Shown here piece by piece: positions 44,950 through 57,030 of a DNA stretch of 64,000 nucleotides. How positions within the stretch are numbered: the stretch's first letter is position 1; each line of letters opens with the position of its first letter. This DNA comes from Mantamonas sphyraenae STR306 (taxonomy: Eukaryota > Protista > CRuMs): contig JAPMXV010000038.1 in assembly GCA_026936335.1 (NCBI GenBank), positions 62,001-126,000 of the forward strand, read 5' to 3'. Position numbers and translations under genes: made by a program. The notes beneath the pieces were generated by a model. That model ran no database searches. It was given only the letters and a program-made list of their open reading frames with translations, and was not told the DNA's origin.

Positions 44950-44980
<31 letters not shown>

Positions 44981-45042
44981 CTTGGCAGCTGCCCGGTCTG
45001 CCCCACTGCTTTTCGCGCCACGACGGACCCTCACCGCTCGCC

Positions 45043-47928
45043 ATGGCAGACACAAAGCGCGTGCGACTCAGTCTCGAGTCGTACGTGGGTGCGCCTGTGC
45101 AGGTGATTGAAGACGACGGCAAGCACGTGCTGGAAGAGTGAGTGATCAGGACAACCCTCTGCCCCACCCGCTGCTTTTGTCGCGACGACACCGCAGAACA
45201 CACGCCTCTCTCCCTCCCTCTCTCCCTCCCTCTCTCTTTCTCTCTCTCTCTCACACACTCGATGATATCGCGCATGCTCTGCACGCGGCCACCACAGCGA
45301 CTTGGAGGCGAGCGAAGAGTTTGGACGGACGGTGAAGCGGATCGATTTTGCGGCGCTGCGGAAGCGCAAGGCGCAGGAGGCCGGTTTGGTGACGGGGTCC
45401 ATGGAAGGGATGATGGGCAGACAGGATGGAGGAGTGGCAGACGGTGGTATGGAGGAGAATGCGGAAGAGATGGCGCAGGAGCAGGAGAGGGAACACTGGT
45501 CAGGATGCATGACCCACCTGCAACAGGCATCGATGGAACTGGGCATGTTTGTGGACATGGTTGATTCGTTACGCAGCGAAGGGGGCTTGTTACGCCATGC
45601 CTCTGTGCCCAAGCAGGCGGAGGAGGTGAAGACGGTGCGTGAGTACCAGTTGCAACTGATTGGCAAAGCCAACAACATCCAACGGGCACGCAGCATCATT
45701 GGACGTCGTGTGGATGCCATTCGAGCCATGCGCAAACGCAACGAACGGTCGTGGTACGATCGCACGCGTGCGCTGCAGCGCAATTGGCACGTGTATGCCG
45801 AGTCGTTGCAGGCGTTGCGCACACGGCATCTGCATGTGGACGTGGGCTTTGACGGCCAGCTGGTGGGCAATCTCACACGCACGCTGCCCATCAAGTCGTC
45901 CATGATGGTGCATTGGTCCAGACAGCACGAGACACAGGCCACGCAGGGGTTGCAGGTGGACATCCACCCAGAGGCGGAGTGTACCGTACAGATTCGTGGT
46001 GAGCTGTCCACACATGCCAGCTCGGGCTCTGTCTCATCATCAGCGTCCTCATCATCATCATCATCATCATCGTCCTCATCATCGAGCACCGCCACGTCGT
46101 CCGGCACCAGCACAGCGACTGGCAACCCTTCCACATCCAGAGGCTCCAACTCCACGTCCACACCTACCACCGGCACGACACCGTGGACGAGCGACGACCT
46201 CATGCTGCTGGACACATCGACGGGCAGCGGCAAACCGGGGAACGAGGAGGAAGACACGGGGATGGAGCTGGAGGAGACGACGGGGAGGACCGGTGGAACA
46301 ACCACGACAGCAGCAGACAGAAAGGATGCACACAATGGGGAGAGACATCGCGTTGGCAAAGGTGTGCAAGGAGGCACAGGGAGGGGTGCGTCACGGGTGG
46401 TGGTGCGAAACGACGACGACGTGTTGCACCACTTCCAACAGGGTGTGTTCAACGACGAACTCTTTGCATACATGCGTAGCGAAGCAATGAGTGCGGCCAA
46501 CGTTGACGTGGTGGCCATCGACTCGAAACGCATTGCCGTGCGCTGTGCAGACGGCGCCGTGCTCACTCTCCACAAGGACACGTGCGGATACACGTTTGCC
46601 CAATCGCAGTCCTCCTCCATCTCCACCACCACCACCTCCTCCTCCTCCTCCTCCATGGACATCGAAGGAGAGAGCAGCACCGCCACCGCCACCACCACCA
46701 CTGCTTCCTGGCAACCGCAGTGGAGTGGTCCCATGGCCGTGCTTTCCATTTTCATGCAGCAGCGTCTGCAGCACGCCCACCGCCTCAACATGAAGCGTCA
46801 CCAGGCCAAACGTGACCCAGGGTACCCGCGTTACCGATGGCTGGGCTGGCATGGAGGCATGGACCGCCATGCCATGATCCTGCCAGCTGTGATGGCGTAT
46901 GTCGACCACGTCTCCTTCCGCACCCGTGTGTTTGCCCTCATGGACACCCTTGCCACTGTGTTTCCCGGGCAGTTGGGCGTGTACAGCCTGTCCTGCCGTG
47001 CCATCAACACCTATCGCCTCCTGCTGCGCTTTGGCATGCGCCATCGGGTGAACGTGCTCATCACGAATCCCAACTTGTCGTGCCTGCCACCGACCACCAT
47101 CGTGCTCGCCATCGCCGCCTCGCCCTCCGCTCCGAACACACCATGGCTCTGTTTGTGGCCAAACAACTCGCCTACAGCCGAGCCCTGTGGCTGCGAGACA
47201 CCCTCCTCCGCCTGGGATACTACGACGCCGTCCTGCTGCCGCCCAGTGCCCATTGGGGCGATGTGCAAGCACATGAGAACCAGGATCACAAGCAGGCTGG
47301 TGTCACCGTCCTTCACGCAGTGTGTCTCTTGCGTCTGTCGCCCCATGCAGACATCCGTGTGCGTGTGTTGTACGATCCCCAGCAGCCAACCCGCAGTGGC
47401 ATCACCACACATGTGGTGCATCACACACGCGTACCCTTTCGTCAACTGCCCACCTCCCATCGTCTCATCCGTGTGGGTTATCCGACTCCTTCTTCCTCAT
47501 CCTCCTCCTCTTCATCATCATCTTCAACATCATCATCTTCTCCCGCTGGCAGCACAGCCACAACCACCACGTCATCCTCTTCCTCCTCCTCTTCAACCTC
47601 TGCCTCTGTCTCCAACATGGCCGCTGAATCCGCAGCCAAGTCCTCAGCGTCGACAGGCACCTCAGCACCCACCACCACCACCGCCACAGACTCCTCCTCC
47701 TCCTCCAACACCAATAACTCCTCTTCATCATCCACACCCAAGCCAGGTGTCGCTTCGTCGACCACATCCACGTCGAGTGCACCCTCAGCAGCTGCATCCA
47801 CCTCCGTCTCGACTTCCTCCGCTGCTGCATCGGCATCCATGTCCCACCTGGGCCACATACAGCCCTGGCAAGACATTCCGGGCTCGTCAGACGCCAGCAA
47901 ACTGCTGCACATCATGCGCCTGCATTGA
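45043..47928 (+). CDS. MED17: Mediator subunit 17-like with Ser/Thr-rich insertions; intron 45138-45297; frame break near 47065
   Basis: N-terminus VRLSLES....VQVIEDDG....RIDF matches the MED17 N-terminal pattern; LQQASMELGMFVDMVD, LQRNW, FNDELFAYMRSEA. Confidence 0.72.
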
Positions 47929-47955
47929 AATGTCCATGCATACAGTATTTCGTTT

Positions 47956-49442
47956 TCATTCGTCGTCCTTGGAAGACTGCGTCACTGTGGTGATGTCGAC
48001 CATCGTTCCCTTTGTGCTGCCACTGTTGCCGATTGCCGCATTGCTGCCGCTGTTGTTGCTGTTGTTGTTGTTGTTGTTCTCGGCCACGTCTCCAATGCCC
48101 GGGTTCGTGCCCGTGCTCACCAGTTTCTCCGCAGCTGCTTCCTCCCGTCGCACAGCACCGTACCATGTGATGCCCCCCATGGCCACGACCAAGCCAAGCA
48201 GTGTCACAAACGTGATTGTGGCATTGAACAGCGCCTGGCCGATAAAGATCAGCAGGCATGTCTTCAGGTGACCAACCATTTGGTTGCTGTTTACACATGC
48301 GTGTGTGTGTGTGGGTGTGTCAGCATACAATCCAACCACCTTTCCTCAACCTTCCTTTGGCCCTTCCTCCCGTGGCCCCTACCTGAGCGCCGAGCTGTAG
48401 TCCAGAATCATCAACACCGACAAGTTGACTGCTGCCGCACCAAGGCAGGACAACATGATGGCCACCTGCGAGGATGTAAAAACACACATGCACACCCACA
48501 GAGACAGAGAGATGGAGACAGAGGTCACGACACAAGCACATGGGATAAAGGGCGTCAGTTTTCGGAAACAGCGGCGCGTCGCAGCGCGGCATGTGGCGCC
48601 CTCGGGGAAACGTACCACCAAACCCGACTCGTAGTCGTTGGCAAAGAGCTTGGGCACGTCCTCGAGCACAGGGAGGGATACAAAGAGGATGACGGAAGCA
48701 ATGGGGCTGGTGTAGACGAGCAATTGCTGTGGGGTTGCCTGCACGTCCTTCATCACTTCCTTCGAGTAGATTTGGTTGCCGGCGGTGGCCAAACACATGG
48801 CCAGACCGGCCATAAGACCCGAGAACGACGAAGCAATGTCACGCACCGTGGCCATGCCCACACCAATGCACGACACCAACAACGACAGTTTGATCTTGTT
48901 GCTGAACGACTTGCCCAGCAACACCGACTCCAAGGCAACAATCGTGGGCGCCACAAGAATCTTGAGAATCTGGTGTGGACGGCCCCATTCCTGTGTTAGT
49001 GCATGTCCACACTCGCAAAACCCCACACCGGAGATGGTGAGGGAGGGAGAGGGTGGGAGGAGAGAGCTGCTCCACTGCAACAACCTACCTGGTACACGCC
49101 AATGGTGTTGAGTTTCAAGGAGATGTTGGCAAAGCAGATGGAAAGCACGGCCAGGGCGGACACTTTGGCGCAGTCTTGCCAAGGGAGGATCTTGAGTGGG
49201 AACATGCCCAGGTACCGGCTGGCAGTATACATCACCACACCCGTGATGGACTGGTGGAGAAAGGTCAGCGCATAGATGTGGTTGAACCCGTACGTGGTCA
49301 TGATGATCTTCAGACAAGTCACCAGCGACACCGACGACACCACGTTGAACGCAATGGCTGCCAACATGCGAATCATGTACGCGTTGGTGCCTGGTTGCGG
49401 CTTTTGGCTTTGGGTGCTGGCACCGTCTGCTTCTTCCGACAT
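47956..49442 (-). CDS. Nucleotide-sugar/triose-phosphate transporter (SLC35E3-like), multi-exon
   Basis: NVVSSVSLV, FANISLKLNTIGVYQ|ILKILVAP, QLLVYTSP, VGHLKTCLL; about 10 TM helices. Confidence 0.85.
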
Positions 49443-49482
49443 CTGTGTTGACACCTGGTCTGGCCACCCCAGCGCATCTCCT

Positions 49483-50551
49483 TCATTCCCCACGATGCGA
49501 CCCTCCCACACTTTGTCGCTCCTCCCACTCATTCAACATGCGATCCAATTCCTCCTCCGTGTTGACTCCATCCATGAGTCGATCAAACTCGTCCATGGCA
49601 TCCCGAGACGGCGCCGACGTGTGGATCGTCCGTGTCTTGCGTGTGTCCCGTCCCTCCATTTCATACACCTCCTCCTCCTCCTCCTCCTCATGGCCCTGCT
49701 GATCATGATGATCATGATGATGACGATGGTGATGACGTTGTTGTGTGTGCACAGCCCTGCGAGCGGTCACCGACACGGCGCCGTGGCCCATGGATGCACT
49801 TCGATGCCTCTCCTCATACAACATGCGCTTGTCCACCTTAAAGGTGCCCATGACGCCCTCCAACACCTGCGAGCCACGTCGTTGCAACGTGCGGATGCCC
49901 TGCGAGCCCAGATTGTACACCTGTGCCTTGGCTTGCTCCTGGGCACGCACCACGGTCTCGTCAATCAGCGGCTCCAACTGTTCGATGTGCGGTTCCACAA
50001 AGTTGCGGTACAGTGTGGCTGCCCCACGCGTCTGCGGCAGCAGCATCCACAACACAAACACAAACTTCAACTCCAGGTAGAACGGGAACCAGTAGAACAC
50101 AATGTCCATCCAAAACTCCATAAAGCCAAACAACGAGTACACAACCCTGTGGGAGTGGAAAGAGGGGGATGAGGGCGGGGGAGGGGGGTATGGGATGCGT
50201 TGTGTTTGATGCGTTTGCCAACGTTGTTGGGTGTGCGTGTGTGTGTGTGTGTGTGTTTCGCATGCCACGTCGTCGTGTGAGCGATGACGTCGAAAGTCGT
50301 TGACCCGCCGCCGCCGGAATTGGCTCCCCCACTTTCTTCTGTGTGCCCAGCGCCCCTGACTGTGGGTGCCTCGTACTACGATCCATCCGCATTTGGGTTT
50401 CCCATCATCAAACTCACCAATATGTCAGCCACTGGTGCTGCTCATGCTGATCCCGCAGCCGGATGGCTTTGTACGACTGCAGCGCCGGGTACAGAAATCC
50501 CACCGTGTTCAGGAACGGTTTGGTCACAAACGTGGGCAGAAACGACAGCAT
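49483..50551 (-). CDS. REEP/HVA22 (TB2/DP1) family ER-shaping protein; intron 50147-50417
   Basis: GFLYPALQSYKAI...QWLTYW|VVYSLF..E...YWFPFYLELKFVFVLWMLLPQTRGAATLY. Confidence 0.9.
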
Positions 50552-50707
50552 TTACAAACCCCTTTGCTTTGCGTGTCTATGTGTGTGTATGTGTGTGCTG
50601 TGTGTGTGTTTGTGTGTGTGTGTGTGCCTGCCGTTCCCACCGAATTCACTCTCGCTCTGGCTGCGCCGGCGCCGCCATCCCCCGGGCACCCCACCCCTCC
50701 CCTCCGC

Positions 50708-51874
50708 ATGTCATTGTCACTGAACGATCGCAGCAACCCGTTGTCCAAAGACCAACGACCCACATTCTACGACACACAGGAGCTGGAATGTGTCAAGGTG
50801 CTGGAGGACAATTGGGAGGCCATCCTGGAGGAGTTCCACGCGGTTTGCGAACAAAACCTCATTGAATGGCCGGAAAAGGAACTGTTCAACCAAATTGTGC
50901 AAAGGAATGGTTCCTCCCCGTCCTCCTCCTCCTCCTCCTCCTCCTCTTCTTCTGTGGAGCAGGTGGATGATGATGAAGAGGCCAAGCAAAGACGACGCAA
51001 CCGGAACATCCGTCGCAAACGTGGCAAGGGTTGGAACGTGTACGGTCTCTATGCGTTTGGGGGCAAGAATGAGGAGAACTGTGCACGGTGTCCCGTGACC
51101 ACACGCTGTTTGGATGCCCTGCCCAATGTCAGCACGGCAGCGTTCTCCCTCCTGGAACCCGGGTCACACATCACCCCGCACACGGGCTACGAGGGCTACT
51201 CCAACTATGTCTTCCGGTGTCATTTGGGTCTTATCATCCCAGACGAGGACAAGGTGTGGATGAGTCGCCAGGAGGCCGAACAGAGTCTCGGAGTCGATCC
51301 GTTCTACGGCACCGGCATCCGCTCACGCTGCAACTACGTCCATCGGGCTTCTTCTTCCTCTTCCTCTTCCACGTCGGACGACGACAACGACAACGACAAC
51401 GACGACCACTTTGCCGAGTTCAACTCCAGCCACTATGCGGCCTTGGGTGAGGATGAGATGTTGGAGAGGCAATCGAATGTGGAGGAGGTGGGCTTGCCCT
51501 ATGTGGGTCTCCGCGTGGCGTCGGACGTTGCCACCTGGCAGCAGGGCAAGTGTTTTGTGTTTGACGACTCCCACCTGCACGAAGCATGGAACTTTACGGA
51601 ACAGCCCCGCCTGGTGCTGCTCATCGACTTTGAACGACCCTCGCACTTTCTCTACGGCGACGACGCCTACGAGCGGGGCGAGGTCGACGAGGCCCGCTCC
51701 GTCCAGGACGCACAGAACACACAGGAGGAAAACCCGTTTGCCAAGAAGCGCAAGGGGCGTCTCTACCTCAACGACCTCGTCACTCAGTTTGGGTACGAGC
51801 TCATGGACAAGCAACCGGGGCCCCAACAACAACCCCAGCAGGAGGACGACGACGAGCAATCACCATCCCAATAA
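50708..51874 (+). CDS. Aspartyl/asparaginyl beta-hydroxylase-family Fe/2-OG dioxygenase
   Basis: LEDNWEAILEEF, CPVT, FSLLEPGSHITPHTG, RCHLGL, FVFDDSHLHEAWN, RLVLLIDF. Confidence 0.88.
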   Translation: MSLSLNDRSNPLSKDQRPTFYDTQELECVKVLEDNWEAILEEFHAVCEQNLIEWPEKELFNQIVQRNGSSPSSSSSSSSSSSVEQVDDDEEAKQRRRNRNIRRKRGKGWNVYGLYAFGGKNEENCARCPVTTRCLDALPNVSTAAFSLLEPGSHITPHTGYEGYSNYVFRCHLGLIIPDEDKVWMSRQEAEQSLGVDPFYGTGIRSRCNYVHRASSSSSSSTSDDDNDNDNDDHFAEFNSSHYAALGEDEMLERQSNVEEVGLPYVGLRVASDVATWQQGKCFVFDDSHLHEAWNFTEQPRLVLLIDFERPSHFLYGDDAYERGEVDEARSVQDAQNTQEENPFAKKRKGRLYLNDLVTQFGYELMDKQPGPQQQPQQEDDDEQSPSQ

Positions 51875-51933
51875 GAAACAACCCCATCCCCCACCCCCCC
51901 CCCCCTCATCCGTTGTGTGTGTTGTGTGTGTTT

Positions 51934-52493
51934 TTAGTCATCATCGTCATCATCATCATCCTGAAACATGCGGGTTTGCTCGAGGAGGGGAAGAGCCTCG
52001 GGCACGGCAAGTGCGCCTGCAAACACGCCGCCCACAGCCAGAATGGAACCCAGGGTGAGGCCAGACACGCCGCCATTCTCATAAAAGGGTCCCTCCCAAC
52101 CCGCTCGTTCGGACAGCACGATGCCCGCCCGCAGGCCGCTTGTGTGCGGGTCGGGAAACACTGTGCGTCGTTGTCCAGCCTCCACCGACGCCTCCTCCGC
52201 CGACGCCGCCATACGCGTTGTCGACGTCGACACCATCTGTGTACGCATCACCACACGCGACGTCACACCCACAGATGTCGACACACCTGCCAATCCCAAT
52301 CGCTGTGGTCGTCCCCACTGGGTCAGTGTTGCTTTTTGGGAAGAGGGCTGCTCACACAAACCCACTTCCTCCACCTCCCACCTCTCTCCCCACCCACCCC
52401 CTTCCCCCCCCCCCCGCTCACACCCTTCTCTTTCTCCCAAAACCCCCACTTTCACATGCACGAGTTGAGTTGTCATCCACTCACCGTTGCCAT
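51934..52493 (-). CDS. EMRE/SMDT1-like single-pass mitochondrial protein (125 aa); intron 52303-52484
   Basis: Exon 1 ATG GCA ACG|GTGAGT, branch CACTGAC, CACAG acceptor; presequence-like N-terminus, one hydrophobic helix, C-terminus LLEQTRMFQDDDDDDDD*. Confidence 0.65.
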
Positions 52494-52544
52494 TGCCTGT
52501 TACAAGCTGTTCGATTTGGCGCGCCAGCGCCAGCGGGGGCAGAG

Positions 52545-53255
52545 ATGGCCCCGCCTCCACGACGCAAAACCAAGGGCTGGTCGCAGCCACCGTACGCACG
52601 CAAGGAAAACGCAGCAAGGGAGGACAATGGGATGGCACTGGCACAACGTGGGGCGTGGTCAGTGCGGTCGAGGTGGGTGTGGTGGGGTCTGGGTCTGAGC
52701 CTTTGGGTGCTTCTGGTCATTCTCAGCCACACCAACGCCAACCACCTGTCCACCTGCTCCCTTAACTTTATGCCCCTCATTGCCACCTACATTGGATCCC
52801 TCTCCTGGCTGGGCATGGGCATCCTCGTCGCCCTCGTCGATGAAACCGGCGCCGACGTGACGGTGGGCTTCGAGTCTGAGTTTGGCTCAGTGCACGTGGA
52901 TGAGGAAACAGACGTGCATCCACTGGTCAAGCGAACCACCCAACTCCTGCTCTTTGTTCATACCCTTCTCTGTCTCTTTGCCATCATCAGTGTCAGTGTG
53001 ACCCCAACCCATTGCCAACGCACCCTCCTGGCAACCTCCCAATGGTTCTGGCAGGGTTGGTCCTTTGTCATCCTCATCACCATATGGCTGTGTGTCATCA
53101 CCCTTGTCTACACACTCGCCCTGTGTCTGGAACTGTCCCAGGCCGCCCCATCCGTGGTGGCTCCCCACCACCACGCTTCCCCCACCTCCTCCCGCTCTTC
53201 ATCGCCCTCTACCCTCTTTGCGCCCCACAAGGACCTCCCATCCTCCGAATCATGA
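52545..53255 (+). CDS. Hypothetical 4-TM membrane protein
   Basis: Four hydrophobic segments; divergent from the EMRE-like gene. Confidence 0.65.
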   Translation: MAPPPRRKTKGWSQPPYARKENAAREDNGMALAQRGAWSVRSRWVWWGLGLSLWVLLVILSHTNANHLSTCSLNFMPLIATYIGSLSWLGMGILVALVDETGADVTVGFESEFGSVHVDEETDVHPLVKRTTQLLLFVHTLLCLFAIISVSVTPTHCQRTLLATSQWFWQGWSFVILITIWLCVITLVYTLALCLELSQAAPSVVAPHHHASPTSSRSSSPSTLFAPHKDLPSSES

Positions 53256-53427
53256 ACCCCCAAATGTACATAGCTGTCGATTCGCAAACACCGCCATCCC
53301 ATCCACACAAACCACACACACACAACGCGAGATGTTTACGCGCAGTTGCTCGCTCAGACGCGAGCCTGCGCCATGTGCAGACAATGACACCACATGCCAT
53401 GCACACAGGGCACCCTCGTTACAGGCC

Positions 53428-54745
53428 ATGGTGGTCGCCATGTCTGCTGCCCCACCGGCGGCCATACCCGCCGTGTTGCCCGACGACGCACCTCCGTCCA
53501 CCCTTCCCTTCTGGATGCAAACCCTCGTTTCCGGTGGCGTGGCTGGCATGATTGCCAAAACGGCCGTTGCCCCCTTTGATCGCCTCAAAATCCTCAGCCA
53601 GGTCCGTCCTCCCGGCCCCCTTTTTCCGAACATTTTGCCTCCGATTGCCTCCGAAATCAAGACGACCGCGCATCCCCGCCCCCACACACGCGGCCCCCCG
53701 CACCACACACATACGCAACGCAAACAGGTGCATGCACACACAGTCGACACTGACACTGCGTTTGGGTGCTGCCCGTTTGCCATGTGCCTTTACAGGCTGG
53801 CTCCCAACACTACCACTTTACAGGCTTGCGCAGCTTCGCCGTCCAGGTTGTGGCTCGCGAAGGCGTCCCGTCCCTGTGGAAGGGCAACAGCGCCACCCTC
53901 GTCCGCATTTTCCCCTATGCGGCTGTACAGTTTACTGCCTACGAGCAAACCCGACTTGTACGTGAGCAGGCAGCAGCAGCAGCAGCAGCAGCACACACAC
54001 CCGTGAACCAACCCAGAAGTGCACATGCTGACACGGCCTCGCCCCCCCCCCCCCGCGCCCCGCTTCCCGGGTTCACACACATTCCCACCATGTGCCCCCC
54101 ACACCATAGCTTTTGCGACGCAACAGTCCAGACATGGCAGTGGATGCCAAGTTCACACCGTTGGAAAACATGATGGCAGGGTCGACGGCGGGCGCCTGCG
54201 CGGTGATCTCCACCTACCCGTTGGACCTCGTGCGCTCTCGCCTGGCCTTCCAGGTGTCCCACCGACACTACGAGAGTGTGGGACACGCCATCCGACGGAT
54301 CTACGCCGAGGGTGGTATGCGTGAATTGTACCGTGGCGTGGGTCCCACGCTGATTGGCATCGTCCCCTACGGCGGCGTCAACTTTTCCGCCTACGAGTTC
54401 CTCAAGGGCCTGTTTGCAGACAACACGGGCAACAAGGATGGTGACACGTCCAGTCTGCCCTGGTACGCCAAGCTCATCTGCGGTGGTCTTGCAGGTGCCA
54501 CGGGTCAGACCGTCACGTACCCGTTGGACACCGTACGCAGGCGCATGCAACTCAGCTCCCACCCGGAGAGTGCCCATTTGCCCAACTACAAGAACAGTTG
54601 GCACACCCTCACCACCGTCTTTCGTCATGAGGGCATCCGTGGTCTCTACAAGGGTCTCACCATCAACTACTGGCGCGTCACCCCGTCCGTGGGCATTAGT
54701 TTCATGGTGTATGAGCTCGTCAAGGATGTTGTGGCCAGTGTGTGA
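53428..54745 (+). CDS. Mitochondrial carrier, CoA-transporter (SLC25A16/A42, Leu5) type; introns 53602-53795, 53958-54109
   Basis: Three PxDxx[KR] motifs (APFDRLK, YPLDLVR, YPLDTVRRRMQ); LWKGNSATLVRIFPYAAVQF. Confidence 0.9.
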
Positions 54746-54846
54746 CCCCATTTTGCCCTTTCATCAACGACCAAAATGGACAGACAATGGCACCCGTGCA
54801 CCCAGCCCAAGAACACTCCACCTGCACACACAAACACACACACACA

Positions 54847-54880
<34 letters not shown>

Positions 54881-54884
54881 AGTC

Positions 54885-55523
54885 ATGTCCTCCACGCGAG
54901 CCAAACGCACGCGAAGTGATATGATGCAAGAGACACCTGAGGAGGACAGGGAGCTGGACGTCGACCCACATCACGCCAAGCGCGCGTACGTTCTCCACCC
55001 TCTCCAGCTTGCATCCGTGCACTTTCCCCTCCAGCACACACACACGCCCTTTCCTGCGTGTCTGATGCCCATGTCCACCCATTCACATTCACCCCACATG
55101 TGCTCGCCGGCCCCTGTACCCCGCAGGAAACCCTCCCAGCTGGCCGACATTGCCGCTCGTGTCGCAAGCAACGCCGCTTCCCGCGCCGCTTCCTCCGCTT
55201 CCTCCACCTCCACCTCCACTCCTCTGCCAAGGAGGCAGCCATTGCGGCTGCCCGTGCAGCTGCAGCTGCCCGTGCCAAAGAGCTTGCAGCTGCCAAGGCA
55301 CAGCCCACAGCGCCGCCCAAACACAAGACACTCAGCTCCGCCTCTTCCGGCACGTTCATCCCGGCCCCGCTGCGTCTCGACGCCCAAGGACGCGAGATTG
55401 ACGAGCAGGGCAACCTCATCAAGACAAAGGTGCGCTCAGTGAGCACCCTCAAGGCCAACAAGGACTTTGAGAAGCGTCAGCGCTTCGAGCAGATGCTGAA
55501 GGAGGTCACCGAGCTTGCCTCGG

Positions 55524-55554
<31 letters not shown>

Positions 55555-56878
55555 TGGCAAGCGAACCAACAACCATGGCGACGACGAGGGAGCCACAGCG
55601 GGCGATCTCAAGAGTCAACCCTTCTATGACCCGACAGTGGGTGCGGGCAAGACGCCAGGTGGGCGTCGCGGCCGGCGCGATTTCCACTTTGTGGAGAAGG
55701 GCACGTTTGTGCGCAAGGCTGAGAACCTGCGGCACAAGGAACAGCTCAAGGAGATTCTAGAGATGCAGGCGGAGGAAAAGGCAAGGCGCAAGGAGCAGGG
55801 ATTGGATGACGACGAGGAGGAGGACCACGTGTTTGATCTGCTGCTTGCTCGCAAGCTCCATTCCAAACCAAAGGCACCCGAGGTCGAATGGTGGGATGCC
55901 CCACTGTTGCCCAGCAAGACCTACGACGATGTCATCCTACCCAACGACCTGCAAACCTCCTCCTCCTCCTCATCCTCCTCGATGGATGTGGATGTGGACA
56001 CACGCTCCTGGGAACAGATGTTGGACGACGTCACCGTGCAGTTGCGCCAGGGCAAGATCACACACCTGGTGGAACACCCTGTGCCCATCGAACCGCCCAT
56101 GATGGATGAACCGGTGGTGCGGCAGCCGTTGATGCTCACCAAAGCAGAGAGCAAGAAGCTGCGTCGACGCAGGCGCATGGAAAAGGAGAGGCTGAAGCAG
56201 GAGATGCAAAAGATGAATCTGTTGGCACCCACAGGCGACAAGCTCAAGGTGTCCAACATGATGCGTGTGTTGGGCGAGGAGGCGGTGATGGCCCCGTCAC
56301 AGATTGAAGCCAAGGCCAGGGCTGCCGAGAAGTACAGGCTCACACAGCATCTGCAGAACAACGAGTCACGCAAACTGTCCAAAGAGGCACGCAGGGAGGC
56401 CAATCTGGCCAAGTTGTTGCGTGACCAGGACGCAGGCACAAAGGTGGCCCTGTTTCGTGTGGAACGCGTCAACCACAAGAAACACTACGCAAAACTCAAC
56501 ATCAACGCCCAACAGAACAGACTCACCGGCGCATGTGTATGCCTCCCCGACTTTGCCATCCTCGTCGTCGAGGGCAACACCAAGCCCCGCGAACGGTACA
56601 AGAAGCTCGTCCTGCGCCGCATGAAATGGAACGAATTCCTCGACGAGGAACAGGCTGCCGAGGATGAACAGAGCAAGGAACAGGGTCGCCCTGCACGCAC
56701 CCTGGCTCCAAACTCTGCACAGCTCATCTGGGAGGGCGTCCTTCAGAAGCCAGCCTTTTCCAACTGGCGCATCGAATCCTTCCCCACAGACATTGCTGGC
56801 CGTGCCTTTTTCGAGCAGCATGGCGTGCCCCAGTACTTTGACATGTGCAAAAAGGCTGCCTCCCTGACAAAGTCCTGA
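54885..56878 (+). CDS. PRPF3: U4/U6 snRNP protein Prp3; intron ~54986-55127; frame break near 55219
   Basis: LRLDAQGREID, STLKAN, PEVEWWD, ITHLVEHPVPIEPP, LTKAE.KKLRRRRR, KVSNMMRVLG, NAQQNRLTG, YKKLVLRRMKW. Confidence 0.93.
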
Positions 56879-57030
56879 AGAAGGTTCCCGGGAAATGGAA
56901 ACCACTTCGTCCATCCTCTCCCTGCCCCCAGTCACCTCCCAAACACCCTCCTCACATTCTCCATCACTCCCTTGTGTCCTCCATGTCCATTTCCCGCGAA
57001 TCCCCAACCAACAAAAAAAACACTTTGCCC

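Noticed and set aside
47929-48271. C-terminal part of the 989-aa ORF 45302..48271
   Set aside because: Out of frame after the break near 47065, and it overlaps the convergent SLC35 gene.
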